Below the pieces are notes generated by a model. The model was given only the letters and a program-made list of their open reading frames with translations. It was not told the origin of the DNA and ran no database searches. Below are positions 28,926-40,502 of a DNA stretch of 64,000 nucleotides, in pieces. Where the stretch lies: the NCBI GenBank assembly GCA_047150005.1, contig AP038806.1, positions 1,088,001 to 1,152,000 of the forward strand, read 5' to 3'. Source of the DNA: Nitrospira sp. GTDB lineage: Bacteria > Nitrospirota > Nitrospiria > Nitrospirales > Nitrospiraceae. Both the position numbers and the translations under genes were made by a program. Numbering within the stretch: position 1 is the stretch's first letter; each line of letters starts with the position of its first letter.

Positions 28926-31319
28926 TCACTGACTTCCTTCCGCTGTCTGATCCAACTTGTAAAAATCCGTCGGATCCAATCGTCGCTGGGCCGCCTGTGT
29001 CGGCTCACTGCCTTTCGTAAAGATCTCAACGTTGCCTGGCTGATCGTCCAAGTCGTTGTTCAACAGCCCGGTCGAGGGATCGACCTTGACGAACGTGATG
29101 CCTTCCGGGATGACGAATGGCACCACCGGAACCTGTTTCAGCGCCGTCTTCATGAAATTGATCCAGATCGGCAGGGCCGCATGGGCACCCGATTCCGTTT
29201 CGCCCAGGGAACGGCGGTCGTCAAAGCCCACGAAAACGCCCGCGACCAGATTGGGCGTCCCACCGATGAACCAGGCGTTGATGAAATCGTTCGTCGTCCC
29301 GGTCTTTCCCGCAACGGGACGTCCCAGCACTTTGGCCGCCTGACCGGTCCCCTTCTGCACGACGTCTTCCATCATGTTGGTGATCAAATAGGCCGTTTCC
29401 TTGGAAATGACATCCTGGCCTTCCGGTTCCGCGAGCTCGAGCACCTTCTCTTGGTTGTCCTTCACAAAAAAGATCGCATAAGGCTCGGCACGATTGCCCT
29501 GGTTGAGAAACACGCCGTATGCCGACGTCAGCTCCATCAGACCGACCGAGGAGGATCCCAGCGCCAGCGACAAGTCGGAAGCCAACGGACTGGAGATCCC
29601 GACCTGTTTGGAGAACTCGATGACGTTCCTGACGCCAACCTTCTCCAACAACCGGACAGTCGCCAGATTGTGCGACTGGGCCAACGCGTCGCGGAGACTC
29701 ACCATGCCATGGAATCTCTTGCCGTAATTCTCCGGCTTCCACGTCTTCTCCTCTTCCACCTGCTCGTACACGACCGGCGCATCCAGCACGACGGAGGCGG
29801 GACTCATCCCCTGATCGACGGCCGCCGCATAGATCAGCGGCTTGAAGGCAGAACCGGGCTGCCGGCGCGCCTGCACCGCACGATTGTATTCGCTGCGATT
29901 GAAGTCGAATCCCCCGACCATGGCCCGAATGGCGCCCTTGCCGGGCTCCATTGCGATCAGCGCCCCTTCCACAAGCGGGGTCTGCTCCAATTGGACGAAC
30001 ACGATGTCCTTCTCGATCTTCTTGACGGCGACCTCGACCACGTCGCCGGGCTTGAAAATCTGTTTTGGATTTGGATTGACGACGAAATCTTTGGTCGCGT
30101 CCAGTCCCGTCAGTCTCCGCTTGGCCCAGGCCATGTCGTCGAACGTCAACCGGGCCTGGGTCTCTCCGATCTGGACGTCATAGAAATCCTTTCCGATCTT
30201 GACGACCACGGCTTCCCGGTAGTCTCCCGTTTTCAGCGGTTGGGACGATGCGCTCACCGCCGCGGACGGAAGTACAGAAGACAGATCCACCGTCCGAACA
30301 GGCCCACGCCAGCCCTGGCGCTTGTCGATCTCGCGTAATCCCGTGGCAAAGGCGGCTTCGGCCGCTTGCTGCATCTCCAGATTCAACGTCGTCATGACCT
30401 TGAGTCCGCCCTTGTAGACCATGGCCTCCCCGTACTTCGCGATCAGCAGCTGACGCACGTACTCCACAAAATACGGCGCAACCTGCTCGCTGCCGGGGCG
30501 TCGAAAGTTCAGCTGCTCCGCCGCGGCCTTTTCGCGTTCCGCACCGGTCAGGAATCCGGCATCTTCCATGCGGGACAACACGTGCTCTTGGCGCCTCTTG
30601 GCTCGCTCGAAGTTCTTGAACGGAGAAAAATGATTCGGCGATTTGGGAAGCCCCGCGAGGAACGCCGCTTCCGCCACGGACAGTGCGGACAGGTCCTTGC
30701 CGAAGTACGACTGCGCCGCGGAGGCCACTCCGTAGGCGCCCTGGCCGAAATAGATCTGATTGAGATAGAGCTCGAGGATCTGTTCCTTGGACGACACGAG
30801 TTCCATCTTATAGGCCACCACGAGTTCCCGTACTTTGCGATCGAACGTCCGTTCGGAAGAGAGAAAGAGCGACCGGGCCAACTGCTGCGTGATCGTGCTG
30901 GCGCCTTCGACCTTTCCGCCGCGACGTACATTGGTCCAGGCCGCCCGCAGAATGCCGATATAGTCCAGGCCTGGATGCTCGAAAAATCGGACGTCCTCGA
31001 CCGCAATGACGGCCCGTCGCAGATGCTCCGGAATAGCCGAAAGCGGCGTCAAAATCCGGCGTTCGATGAAGAACTGGCCGATCAGCTGGCGGTCGGACGA
31101 ATACACCTGCGTCACGAGGCTCGGCTGGTAGTTCTGCAGCTGGTTCAGGTCCGGCAGGTCCTGAGAGTAGTGCCAGAGCAACCCTGCCACGCCGAGCACC
31201 CCGACGAGCCCCAGTCCGATCCCGCCCAGCAAGGCGATCTGCCACCAGCGCCAAGGGCGCCTCGACGGTGGTCGGCGAGGGGTATCCGAGAGTTGAACTG
31301 GCCGATCGATCGTTGACAT
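28926..31319 (-). CDS. mrcA: class A penicillin-binding protein 1A
   Basis: EDxRF.EH.G, GASTITQQ, SxxK (GSAFKP), SxN, KTGT. Confidence 0.93.
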   Translation of the reverse strand: MSTIDRPVQLSDTPRRPPSRRPWRWWQIALLGGIGLGLVGVLGVAGLLWHYSQDLPDLNQLQNYQPSLVTQVYSSDRQLIGQFFIERRILTPLSAIPEHLRRAVIAVEDVRFFEHPGLDYIGILRAAWTNVRRGGKVEGASTITQQLARSLFLSSERTFDRKVRELVVAYKMELVSSKEQILELYLNQIYFGQGAYGVASAAQSYFGKDLSALSVAEAAFLAGLPKSPNHFSPFKNFERAKRRQEHVLSRMEDAGFLTGAEREKAAAEQLNFRRPGSEQVAPYFVEYVRQLLIAKYGEAMVYKGGLKVMTTLNLEMQQAAEAAFATGLREIDKRQGWRGPVRTVDLSSVLPSAAVSASSQPLKTGDYREAVVVKIGKDFYDVQIGETQARLTFDDMAWAKRRLTGLDATKDFVVNPNPKQIFKPGDVVEVAVKKIEKDIVFVQLEQTPLVEGALIAMEPGKGAIRAMVGGFDFNRSEYNRAVQARRQPGSAFKPLIYAAAVDQGMSPASVVLDAPVVYEQVEEEKTWKPENYGKRFHGMVSLRDALAQSHNLATVRLLEKVGVRNVIEFSKQVGISSPLASDLSLALGSSSVGLMELTSAYGVFLNQGNRAEPYAIFFVKDNQEKVLELAEPEGQDVISKETAYLITNMMEDVVQKGTGQAAKVLGRPVAGKTGTTNDFINAWFIGGTPNLVAGVFVGFDDRRSLGETESGAHAALPIWINFMKTALKQVPVVPFVIPEGITFVKVDPSTGLLNNDLDDQPGNVEIFTKGSEPTQAAQRRLDPTDFYKLDQTAEGSQ

Positions 31320-31506
31320 TGGATTGATGCCCTGTCGGGCTCGGTCATCGGTAGGAATTCGTGGAGTTCACCATACCCCGGGAGGTCTGAAAACTCAAGC
31401 AAACCGCCGTCTCGGTTCCGCTTGTTCCCTTGCGGGAGCTTCGGGTATACTGCTGTGCGACGCCCGGTAGGGGCGTCTTTTTTTTCGCCGGACGAACACA
31501 CGAACT

Positions 31507-33363
31507 ATGTCGCACTTACGCGCCCCTCACGATCGACGAAACGATATCCGCAACATCGCCATCATCGCGCATGTCGATCACGGCAAGACCACGCTTGTCG
31601 ACGCCCTGCTGCGGCAGACCCGGGTCCACCGCAAGATCGAAGACATGGGCGAACGCATCATGGATTCGATGGACCAGGAGCGTGAACGGGGCATCACCAT
31701 TCGGGCCAAGAACGCCAGCGTCACCTATCAGGACGTGAAGATTAACATCGTCGATACGCCGGGACACGCGGATTTCGGCGGCGAGGTGGAACGGACGCTG
31801 CGAATGGTCGACGGCGTGCTTATTCTCGTCGACGCGAAGGAAGGGCCGATGCCGCAGACGACGTTCGTACTGCGCAAGGCGCTGGCGCTCGGCCACAAGG
31901 CCATCGTCGTCATCAACAAGATCGATCGTCCGGACGCGGTCATCGACGACGTGGTGAATCGCACGTTCGACCTGTTCGTGCATCTGAACGCCACGGACGA
32001 GCAACTCGACTTTCCCATCGTGTACACGTCTGCCATCAAGGGCCTCGCGACGCTCGACGTCAACAAGCCGGGCAGCGACATCACTCCCTTGCTGGATACG
32101 GTTCTAGAGAAGATCCCGGCTCCCGCCGTGCATGCCAAGGCGCCGCTTCAGATCCTGGTCCTGGCCCTGGCCTACGATTCCTACAAAGGAAAGATGGCTG
32201 TGGGGAAGATCCAGTCGGGTTCGATTTCACGGCGGCAGCAGGTCATCGTCGTGGGGAAGGACGGCGCGCAGTATCCCGGCAGAGTCTCCGACCTCGCGGT
32301 GTACTCAGGCCTCGAACGGACAGACGTCGAACAGGCCGAGGCCGGAGAGATCGTCGCCGTCGCTGGTTTGGACCAGGTGAATATCGGCGATACCGTGGCA
32401 GACGCAGAACAGCCGCTGGCCTTGCCCCGCGTGACGATCGACGAGCCGACCGTCCAGATGACGTTTTCCGTGAACAACAGCCCGTTTGCCGGACGCGAAG
32501 GTAAGTTCCTCACCTCGCGCCATTTGCGGGAACGGCTCTTCAAGGAGCTGGAAACCAACGTCTCGCTGCGCGTGCAGGAGACCGACAGCGCCGACCGATT
32601 TCTCGTCGCCGGCCGGGGTGAACTGCATCTTGGGGTGCTGATCGAACAAATGCGGAGAGAAGGGTACGAACTGCAGGTCAGCCAACCCGAGGTCATTCTT
32701 CATCGCGACGGAGGCAAGGTCACCGAGCCGTACGAAGAGCTCACGATCCAGGTACCGGAAACCTACCAGGGCGCCGTCATCGAGGAGGTGGGCAAGCGCC
32801 GCGGCGAGATGCGCCACATGAGGCTGGTGCATTCCGACGCCGGACCGAGCGAAATGCATCTGGAGTACCACATTCCGACCCGCGGCATCATGGGACTGAA
32901 GAATATTCTGCTGGCCAAGACGCGAGGTACGGTGATCATGCATCATGTGTTCAAGTCCTACGAAGCGGCCGACGAACAGGACTTGCTCATCACACCCCAC
33001 GGATCGCTCTGCGCCTTCGAAGACGGGGCCAGCACCGCCTACGCCCTGTTCATGACCCAGGAACGTGGCGTGATGTTCATCGGCCCGGGCGTCGAGGTGT
33101 ATCGCGGGATGGTGGTCGGCGAGAACAGCCGCGACGAGGATCTCGACGTCAACGTCTGCAAGGAGAAGCACCTGTCGAATATGCGCGCCTCCGGATCGGA
33201 CGAGGCCTTGATCCTGACGCCGCCTCGGGAAATGTCGCTGGAGTTTGCCTTGGAGTACATCGGACAGGATGAATTGGTCGAGGTTACTCCTCAGAACCTT
33301 CGCATCCGGAAGCGACTACTCAATCCTGAAGACCGCCGCAAGGCTCGCAAAGCCGGGAAATGA
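31507..33363 (+). CDS. typA: translational GTPase TypA/BipA
   Basis: [25 protein letters not shown]. Confidence 0.97.
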   Translation: MSHLRAPHDRRNDIRNIAIIAHVDHGKTTLVDALLRQTRVHRKIEDMGERIMDSMDQERERGITIRAKNASVTYQDVKINIVDTPGHADFGGEVERTLRMVDGVLILVDAKEGPMPQTTFVLRKALALGHKAIVVINKIDRPDAVIDDVVNRTFDLFVHLNATDEQLDFPIVYTSAIKGLATLDVNKPGSDITPLLDTVLEKIPAPAVHAKAPLQILVLALAYDSYKGKMAVGKIQSGSISRRQQVIVVGKDGAQYPGRVSDLAVYSGLERTDVEQAEAGEIVAVAGLDQVNIGDTVADAEQPLALPRVTIDEPTVQMTFSVNNSPFAGREGKFLTSRHLRERLFKELETNVSLRVQETDSADRFLVAGRGELHLGVLIEQMRREGYELQVSQPEVILHRDGGKVTEPYEELTIQVPETYQGAVIEEVGKRRGEMRHMRLVHSDAGPSEMHLEYHIPTRGIMGLKNILLAKTRGTVIMHHVFKSYEAADEQDLLITPHGSLCAFEDGASTAYALFMTQERGVMFIGPGVEVYRGMVVGENSRDEDLDVNVCKEKHLSNMRASGSDEALILTPPREMSLEFALEYIGQDELVEVTPQNLRIRKRLLNPEDRRKARKAGK

Positions 33364-33404
33364 TTCGGCGGGCCGGACCGTAACCATTCACCGGATTTCT
33401 CCCC

Positions 33405-34154
33405 ATGAGAATCAAGAAGAAAGGCCCCAAACCTTCTTCCAAACGACCGCCGCTCTACTTCGTCGGCTATCGAGGCAGCGTCCCCGGCATCGAAGAACTC
33501 AAAACCTGGTACGACCTGGAATATCACGGCCCCTTGTCCGTCAGACCGGAAGAGGACGCGCCGGAATCCTGGCGCCTCAGTCATGGACCCTGGACCGCGC
33601 ATGTGGTCATTCCACTTCCGGCCACCCATCAGGCCGAACTCAAGGGCCAGCTGGCATGGGAACATGAATCGATGGGAGCAATCGCCCCGTCGGTGACATC
33701 GCCGCGCGAGATGCCCGATTCGGTCCTCTTCGCCGCGCGGGTGGCCCGCGGGCTGACGCTTCTAACCCAAGGCACTGCCCATGATCTGGCGACGCGCCAA
33801 TACTTGAACCCTTCGGACTGGAAAGATCGCACCCTCACGGAGTTCGTCGTCGACGACCATATCACCATCGCCCACGACGACGAGGCCAGACCCGACCACA
33901 CATGGTGGTACACCTTGGGGCTCGCCAAGTTCGGGATGGATGAACTGGAGACGTTTCGGCCAAGGGGCCTTTCCGATCACCATTCGAAAGAACTGCTGGC
34001 AGAATCCGCTCATGAAATGATCCGGATCGGCGTCTCGCCGAAAGTCGGCACGGCGTTCCACCTGCCGACGCTCGGACGCACGATCAGGGTCACCAACTAT
34101 CGCACCGCCGCACCGGCCGGACGCATGCAGGGGTTTCGGGAGATCACGGTCTAA
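33405..34154 (+). CDS. hypothetical protein (DUF4261-like C-terminus)
   Basis: 249-aa ORF; YTLGLAKFGMDELE. Confidence 0.6.
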   Translation: MRIKKKGPKPSSKRPPLYFVGYRGSVPGIEELKTWYDLEYHGPLSVRPEEDAPESWRLSHGPWTAHVVIPLPATHQAELKGQLAWEHESMGAIAPSVTSPREMPDSVLFAARVARGLTLLTQGTAHDLATRQYLNPSDWKDRTLTEFVVDDHITIAHDDEARPDHTWWYTLGLAKFGMDELETFRPRGLSDHHSKELLAESAHEMIRIGVSPKVGTAFHLPTLGRTIRVTNYRTAAPAGRMQGFREITV

Positions 34155-34303
34155 GCCCCTGTAATATAAGCCTGTCACGACATCGGATGAATCGCTAGGC
34201 CTTCAGGACCGTTGACAAGCTTTCAACGCGCACGGTACAAAAGTCAAAGGTCGGATAGAGGACTCTTCCCGAAGGCCTCTAAGCAAAAGCCAACACACTA
34301 CAT

Positions 34304-34424
34304 CGAATGTTCAAACTGGCCGTCCAGCGCGGCCGCAGCGAACGAGGAAGCGAGGCGTACGTTTGCTGTACGTCGAGCGCCCGAGTGATGCGAGAACAAA
34401 GCTGGCGGGCAGTTTCAACATTCG
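34304..34424. repeat. ~120-bp palindromic interspersed repeat (MITE-like)
   Basis: Imperfect terminal IRs CGAATGTTCAAACTG..CCAGC / GCTGG..CAGTTTCAACATTCG and an inner CGTAC..GTACG hairpin. Confidence 0.65.
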
Positions 34425-34440
34425 TAAAGGAGGACAGCTG

Positions 34441-34911
34441 ATGAGTGACGTAGCCCCCGAAATCAAGGTTGGAGATACGGCTCCGGATTTCAACCTCAAG
34501 GACCAGGATCAGAAGGACGTGAAGCTCAGCGACTACCGCGGCAAGAAAAACGTGGTGCTCGCGTTCTATCCGCTGGACTGGAGCCCCGTGTGTCAGGGCG
34601 AGAACAAGTGCCTAACGGACGACTTCCCCAAGTTCCAGAACGCGAACGCCGAACTGTTCGGCATCAGCTGCGACAGCTTCTTCTCGCACAAGGCCTGGGC
34701 CGATTCGATGGACCTCAAGCACCAGTTGCTGTCGGACGTCCATCGCACCACGGCGAAGGCCTACGGCCTGTATTTCGAGCCGCTGAACTGCTCGAAGCGC
34801 GCCACGGTGATTGTGGACAAGAACGGCAAGGTCGCCTATGTGAAAGTGCAAGAAATCAAGGTCGCGCGCGAGGACAAGGACATTCTCGCCGCCCTCGCAA
34901 AATTGAGTTAA
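34441..34911 (+). CDS. peroxiredoxin (AhpC/TSA family)
   Basis: [20 protein letters not shown]. Confidence 0.92.
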   Translation: MSDVAPEIKVGDTAPDFNLKDQDQKDVKLSDYRGKKNVVLAFYPLDWSPVCQGENKCLTDDFPKFQNANAELFGISCDSFFSHKAWADSMDLKHQLLSDVHRTTAKAYGLYFEPLNCSKRATVIVDKNGKVAYVKVQEIKVAREDKDILAALAKLS

Positions 34912-34914
34912 TCA

Positions 34915-34990
34915 GTGCTGAGCGTTGAGTGCTGAGTTGAGGGATTTCAGCTCTCACACTCAGCACCCAACACTCAGAACTCAGCGCTTC
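34915..34990. repeat. TGCTGAG/CTCAGCA heptamer palindromic repeat; related copy at 37886-37975
   Basis: Tandem degenerate 7-mers in inverted arrangement. Confidence 0.6.
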
Positions 34991-34992
34991 TT

Positions 34993-35325
34993 ATGAGTAC
35001 CGTACTGGACGTCAGCGACGCGAATTATAAAGAGTTCACCGACAGCACCGGTGCGGTCGTAGCCTACGGCCTTGCGACCTGCGAACCCTGTAAGACGTAC
35101 GATCCGATCCTGGAAGAGATCGCCGCGCGCTTTCCGACAATCAAAGTCGGCAAGGCCAAGATGCACGTGCCCGGCCGGTGTCGCGAAATCAAGAAAAGCC
35201 ACGTGTTTGAGACCTATCCCACGACCCATTTGTTTGCCAATGGCAAGCTGCTCCTGACCCGCGAAGGAGTGGTCGAGCCGGCAGAACTCGTCGCGCTGAT
35301 CTCAGACCACTTGCTGACGTCATAG
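34993..35325 (+). CDS. thioredoxin-family protein
   Basis: CEPC motif and YPT. Confidence 0.85.
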   Translation: MSTVLDVSDANYKEFTDSTGAVVAYGLATCEPCKTYDPILEEIAARFPTIKVGKAKMHVPGRCREIKKSHVFETYPTTHLFANGKLLLTREGVVEPAELVALISDHLLTS

Positions 35326-35480
35326 ACCGTCTGAGCGGATGGGGTGGCCTCCCATAGGCCCCCAGCCTTGGTTCCCTGAAGCTTCCACCCCGGCCGTCGT
35401 CTAAAAACCCGCCACTTTCTTGACTCAATACCGCCATATAGTAATGTCGAAGCACGGCCTCGTTATGCCGGCATTCCCCT

Positions 35481-36986
35481 ATGTCATCCAGTGAACATCC
35501 ACGATACGACCCCCGATCGCTGCTGAACTCTCAGCCGGTCAGCGTGGCGGTCATCGACCCGGCGACCTATCGGGTTGAATTTCAGAATGAGACGGGCGTC
35601 AAGACGTTCGGCGATATCGCCGGCCAAGCCTGCTATGAGAAGATCGCGACCTGCTCCTCTCCATGCTCCTTTTGCCGTATGTCGGAAGCGTTGGCCACCG
35701 ACTCGGTCGTGTCTCAGGAAGTCGCCCTTCCGGGCGACAAGCATCTCCTCATCCATTGGTCGAAGGCTGCAGCGGCTGATGGCCCAACCCACGTGATCGA
35801 AACGATCGTCGACATCAGCGACCACAAGCGAACAGAGCATGCACTGCGCCAGTCGCAGAAGTTGGAAGCCGTGGGGCGGTTGGCCGGCGGGATCGCCCAT
35901 GATTTCAACAACCTCATGATGGTGGTCATCGGTCATGCCCATCGGGTCCTGCAGCAGCTCGCGGGACACCCCGCTCGGCAGGAACTGGAACGGATCAGCC
36001 AGGCCGGCTTGCGGGCGGCAGCCTTGACGAAGAAGCTCTTGACCTTCAGCCGGCAACAGGTGTTCGAGCCGAAGGAGCTTCCCGTCAACCAGGTGATCCG
36101 GGAGATGGAAGATATTCTTCGGCAGTTGATCGGGGAACAGATTCAGACCGTCGTCGTCCTCCATCCTCATACGGGACACGCCCTCGTCGACCCGGTGCAA
36201 CTCGGGCAGGTGATCATGAATTTGGTCTTGAACGCCCGCGACGCGATGCCGGACGGAGGCTTGCTCAACATCGAGACCGACAACGCCGAATTGGACGAGG
36301 AATTCGCCCGGCTGCATCCGGGCGCCCAACCGGGATCCTATGTCAAGATCGCGGTGCAGGACGCGGGATGCGGCATGAGCGCCGAGACGATGTCCCGAAT
36401 TTTTGAGCCGTTCTTCACGACGAAGGGGCCGGACAAAGGAACCGGGTTGGGATTGGCCACCGCCTACGGCATCGTGAAACAAAGCCAAGGGTACATCGAA
36501 GTCACGAGCGAGTTGGGACGAGGGTCTCGGTTCTGCGTGTACCTCCCGCGGGTCGAACGGTCGGTCACCGAAGCACCGCCATTGAAAAAGGACGTGCACT
36601 CGTCCGTCGCTCAAGAAATGATTCTGGTCGTGGAAGACGAAGAGAGCATCCGAAAACTCATCGCGGTCATCTTACAGGACCAGGGGTACCATGTACTGTC
36701 GGCGGTCGACGGCATCGAAGCGCTCCAGCGGCTGCAGACGTTGAAGGGCCGATGTGATCTGGTCATTACCGACGTGATCATGCCCAGGATGAAGAGCGCC
36801 GCCTTCATCGAAGGCGTGAAGGCGATGAGGCCAAAGACCAAAGTGCTGTACATGTCCGGCTACGCGGGGGATACGCTGCAAGCCAACGGAGTCGCCGACG
36901 GTGTCCCGTTTCTTCAGAAGCCGTTCCTCCCCAGTACCCTCATCGAAAAGGTTCACGAACTGCTTCAGGCCGGCGCCGCACATTGA
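35481..36986 (+). CDS. hybrid sensor histidine kinase / response regulator
   Basis: AHDFNN, NARDA, FEPFFTTK, GTGLGL, C-terminal REC domain. Confidence 0.95.
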   Translation: MSSSEHPRYDPRSLLNSQPVSVAVIDPATYRVEFQNETGVKTFGDIAGQACYEKIATCSSPCSFCRMSEALATDSVVSQEVALPGDKHLLIHWSKAAAADGPTHVIETIVDISDHKRTEHALRQSQKLEAVGRLAGGIAHDFNNLMMVVIGHAHRVLQQLAGHPARQELERISQAGLRAAALTKKLLTFSRQQVFEPKELPVNQVIREMEDILRQLIGEQIQTVVVLHPHTGHALVDPVQLGQVIMNLVLNARDAMPDGGLLNIETDNAELDEEFARLHPGAQPGSYVKIAVQDAGCGMSAETMSRIFEPFFTTKGPDKGTGLGLATAYGIVKQSQGYIEVTSELGRGSRFCVYLPRVERSVTEAPPLKKDVHSSVAQEMILVVEDEESIRKLIAVILQDQGYHVLSAVDGIEALQRLQTLKGRCDLVITDVIMPRMKSAAFIEGVKAMRPKTKVLYMSGYAGDTLQANGVADGVPFLQKPFLPSTLIEKVHELLQAGAAH

Positions 36987-37125
36987 GCGGGTCGTTGGTC
37001 CGGCATCGTCGCACAAGGCGTCCGTGATATCGTCTAGCCCGCCTGCGGAAGAGTGCGGGCAGGATGCGAGGCGGCGCCATCTGCGCCCTCCCCCGATTGC
37101 TCGATGGATTACTCGATGCGTTGGA

Positions 37126-37878
37126 TCAGGCCGAGCAACTGAAGGAGAGGTCGCGAGAATGGACGAGCTGTAGATGGGCGAGCTTCCCCGATGAGATGCG
37201 CGAGATGAGGGAGTCCCAGATGAATTCCGCGAGAGACTGTCCGGTCACAGGGTTCTGTGCAAAGACCTCGCGAAGGTCCCGTCGGTCCAACTTCACGAGG
37301 ACCTGCTCCCGCACCAGCCGATTCAAAACAGCAATGTCGGTGACCATCCCGGTGACGGGGTCGACGGGTCCTTGGATCGTCACAAAACAATCCCATTGGC
37401 GGCCGTGATTGCCCTCCTGCACCGCGGTGAAGGAATAGCGCCGGGTGACGTTGACCGTATCCAATCCGCCGGCGGCCGTGATCTCGGCGAAAAGATCCTC
37501 ATCCTCATAGAGTCGGACAGCATGCAGCCTGCCGATATCGGGCTGAGGCTCGAGTTTGGTCCACAACACCCGCGCCAGGTTCTCCGACGTAGGGATCCGA
37601 TCGACGAAGTACGGCATGTCGAGATTGAGATTCTTGTGATCGAACTCCTCGATCATCCCCAGCAGCACGCGCTTCAGATCAAAGAGGTTGATGACCATGC
37701 CGGTGTGGGGATCCACGTGGCCGGCCACCGTGACCTCGAGCATGTAGTTGTGGCCGTGGGCCGGAGGATTATAACAGCGCCCGAACACCGCGCGATTCTT
37801 GGCTTCGTCCCATTCGGGACGAAAATAGCGATGCGCCGCCGCGAATTCGATCCGTTTTGTCAAGAGAACGGGAGCCAT
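37126..37878 (-). CDS. queD: 6-carboxytetrahydropterin synthase (tandem PTPS domains)
   Basis: FAAAH, C...HGHNY, TSENLA; the second domain is degenerate. Confidence 0.85.
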   Translation of the reverse strand: MAPVLLTKRIEFAAAHRYFRPEWDEAKNRAVFGRCYNPPAHGHNYMLEVTVAGHVDPHTGMVINLFDLKRVLLGMIEEFDHKNLNLDMPYFVDRIPTSENLARVLWTKLEPQPDIGRLHAVRLYEDEDLFAEITAAGGLDTVNVTRRYSFTAVQEGNHGRQWDCFVTIQGPVDPVTGMVTDIAVLNRLVREQVLVKLDRRDLREVFAQNPVTGQSLAEFIWDSLISRISSGKLAHLQLVHSRDLSFSCSA

Positions 37879-37961
37879 AGTTTCCCGAGTGCTGAGTGCG
37901 AAGTGCCGAGTCCTGAGTGAAGCCCCGGCGATGGACAATTCCCTCGCTCAGCACCCAGCAC

Positions 37962-38558
37962 TCAATTCTCAACACTGCTTGTTAAGTCGGCCAGCCACTC
38001 CTCCCGCAGACTGCCTGGGACGGGTACGTCCATTCGATACCCGTTGTGGTCGACCGTGAGGGTGACCGTTTGGTGCAGATCCGCAACGGCGCGCTTCAAC
38101 CGGGCCGACGGACGGAACCGCACGAAATGCACGGCGCTGATCTTGGATTCGTGACTGTGGCCTCCTTCAAAGACCCCGAACACCCGCTCGTCCCCGCTCG
38201 CGATCGCCAGCTTCTGCCCGTGGTCCAATCCCATGAAGCGATCGAGCCACTCCTTCATTTTCGCTTCCTCGGTGATCTCGATCAAGAGGGTGGCGCTGAG
38301 CTCATCGCGTGAAGGCAACAGCTCGTTGTAGACGTCCAACTCGTCCTGGATCTTGCGCGGATCCATGATGCGTTCCACGCGGATCATTTCCTGGATTTGG
38401 AACCGCAGCGTCTCGCGGTTCTCGAAGACCAGCGTGATGACCGGTCCGAGAGCAATCCGCCGGCGCCGCTTGAGATCGATGATCCCGGACCGAAACCGCT
38501 CCCGCTGCCGTTCGTACTCCTCAATGGAGAGAATATCCTCTTGAATCAACCGTTTCAT
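37962..38558 (-). CDS. DUF3501 protein
   Basis: FENRET..FQIQEM.R.E, SAVHFVRF; lies in the rubrerythrin cluster. Confidence 0.85.
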   Translation of the reverse strand: MKRLIQEDILSIEEYERQRERFRSGIIDLKRRRRIALGPVITLVFENRETLRFQIQEMIRVERIMDPRKIQDELDVYNELLPSRDELSATLLIEITEEAKMKEWLDRFMGLDHGQKLAIASGDERVFGVFEGGHSHESKISAVHFVRFRPSARLKRAVADLHQTVTLTVDHNGYRMDVPVPGSLREEWLADLTSSVEN

Positions 38559-39826
38559 TTGGGCAACCCGTAGGCATCACGAACAATCTGGATCGGATGG
38601 AGTGAAGCTCTCCCCCCGACGTGAGCCGACGCGCCGGCCTGATCCAGCTGCAGGCCCGCCAAGGGACAGTCGGAAGCGACCACATCGGCCGGGGCCTTCT
38701 CGATGACACGGACGGCCTTGGCGGCGATGGTCAGAGAAAGCGGGAAGAACTCGGTTTTTGCCGACCAGGTCCCGTCATGCCCCGAACACTTCTCGATGAC
38801 CTCGACTTGCGCGCCGGCACATTCCATCAATTCCTTGGATTTGAAACCGATATTCTGGTCCCGCAGATGGCAGGGCACCTGGTAAGCGACGCGGCCCGGC
38901 TTGTGCGTAAAATCGGTCGATAGCTGGCCGTCCTTTTTCATTTTCATCAGATATTCGCATATGTCGAACGTCCGCTCGGCGACCCGCTTCGTCTTCTCGT
39001 CGGAGATCACTTCCTGATACTCCCGTTTGAGCATGAGGCTGCAACTGACGGTGGGAACCACGACGTCGTAGCCCTGCGCAACCCAGGGATAGAGCGAGTC
39101 CACATTCGCCCGTGCGGCGGCGCCGATCGCCCGGTCGTCACCAAGGTCGAAGCTCGGCATGCCGCAGCAACGCTGCTCCGGCAACACCACCTCCACCCCG
39201 TTCTTTTCGAGCACCTGCACCGTCGCCTTTCCGACGTCCGTCGCCTGGTAGTTCACCAAGCAACTCGAAAACAGGGCGACCTTTCGGACCGGAGCGGGTT
39301 GAGGCGGCGCCCCACGCCGGCCGAACCAAGCGGGGAATGTTTCGCGCGCAAAATGCAGCACACGCCGCTCTCGATGGACACCCAGGACCAGTTCGAGCAG
39401 GCGGCGGACCAGCCCGTTTTCCAGAAGACGGTTCGTCAGAGGGGCCGTCAGACTCCCGAGCCGTCCGATCAGGTCGGTCATGATCAAGACACGGTCGCGC
39501 CAGCGCACGCCTCGTTCCGCCGCCAACCGTTTTTTCCACAGGACCATCAGCAGGGGAAAGTCGAGATCGTACTGATGAGGCGGCGTGTACGGACAGTGGT
39601 TGAAGCAGAGTTTACAGTAGTAACACTCGTCGACCACCCGATGGTGATCGTCCGGCGTCAGGTTGGCGACGGCACCCTCGTAGCTATCGATGCGGTCGAG
39701 GAGCGTGTTGAAGGAAGGGCACAGATTGAAGCAACGACGGCAGCCTTCGCATATCTCATAGATCCTGAGCGTTTCCCGGTCCAGTTTGACCGGATCGACG
39801 GGAGTGATGAGACTGAGGCCGTTCAT
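38555..39826 (-). CDS. GlpC-like Fe-S oxidoreductase (rubrerythrin-associated)
   Basis: CxxCxxCxxxC twice plus CCG domains. Confidence 0.88.
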   Translation of the reverse strand: MNGLSLITPVDPVKLDRETLRIYEICEGCRRCFNLCPSFNTLLDRIDSYEGAVANLTPDDHHRVVDECYYCKLCFNHCPYTPPHQYDLDFPLLMVLWKKRLAAERGVRWRDRVLIMTDLIGRLGSLTAPLTNRLLENGLVRRLLELVLGVHRERRVLHFARETFPAWFGRRGAPPQPAPVRKVALFSSCLVNYQATDVGKATVQVLEKNGVEVVLPEQRCCGMPSFDLGDDRAIGAAARANVDSLYPWVAQGYDVVVPTVSCSLMLKREYQEVISDEKTKRVAERTFDICEYLMKMKKDGQLSTDFTHKPGRVAYQVPCHLRDQNIGFKSKELMECAGAQVEVIEKCSGHDGTWSAKTEFFPLSLTIAAKAVRVIEKAPADVVASDCPLAGLQLDQAGASAHVGGRASLHPIQIVRDAYGLPK

Positions 39827-39928
39827 GGACACACAGGCAGGTCGCCGATCAGCCCACCGGCGTCACGGCGACACCCCCCTTCGTGGTGTGCCGCGGTGAA
39901 CCTGGTGGCCGAATGCCGAAGCACACGT

Positions 39929-40354
39929 TCAGCTCTTGAGGCTGTCGAGTCCCTTTTGAAATCGATTCGCGTGCGACCGCTCAGCCTTAGCCAAGGTCTC
40001 GAACCATTCGGCCAGCTCGGCAAAGCCTTCATCGCGCGCCGTCTTCGCCATGCCGGGGTACATCTGCGTATACTCGTAGGTCTCCCCTTCGATGGCGGAC
40101 TTCAGATTGGCTTCGGTGTTCCCGATCGCCACGCCGGTGGCCGGGTCGCCCACTTCCTTCAGAAAGTCTAGGTGCCCGAACGCGTGACCGGTTTCCGCCT
40201 CCGACGTGTCGCGAAACAGTCCGCCGACGTCGGGATAGCCTTCGATATCCGCCCGTCGCGCAAAATACAGGTATCGTCGGTTGGCTTGCGATTCGCCCGC
40301 GAATGCATCTTTGAGATTGTCGTGACTCTTCGTTCCCTTCAGACTCTTCCCCAT
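39929..40354 (-). CDS. rubrerythrin (short form, no rubredoxin domain)
   Basis: [28 protein letters not shown]. Confidence 0.93.
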   Translation of the reverse strand: MGKSLKGTKSHDNLKDAFAGESQANRRYLYFARRADIEGYPDVGGLFRDTSEAETGHAFGHLDFLKEVGDPATGVAIGNTEANLKSAIEGETYEYTQMYPGMAKTARDEGFAELAEWFETLAKAERSHANRFQKGLDSLKS

Positions 40355-40502
40355 TGCCCAGCCTCCTTCGTTCGATCGAGAGACGCCTCTGGCGCCTGCG
40401 GCCAAAGCCCACTATCGATGTCAGATGTGATATGACGACCGTGCATAAGATAGCGCAGCCATCCGTGCAGGATCAACGCCTTTCCGGGCCTCTGTGCTGA
40501 GC

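Noticed and set aside
34304..34424. 6S RNA or riboswitch
   Set aside because: It is short, has terminal IRs and lacks a recognisable central bubble or aptamer motif. An interspersed repeat is more likely. An Rfam scan would settle it.
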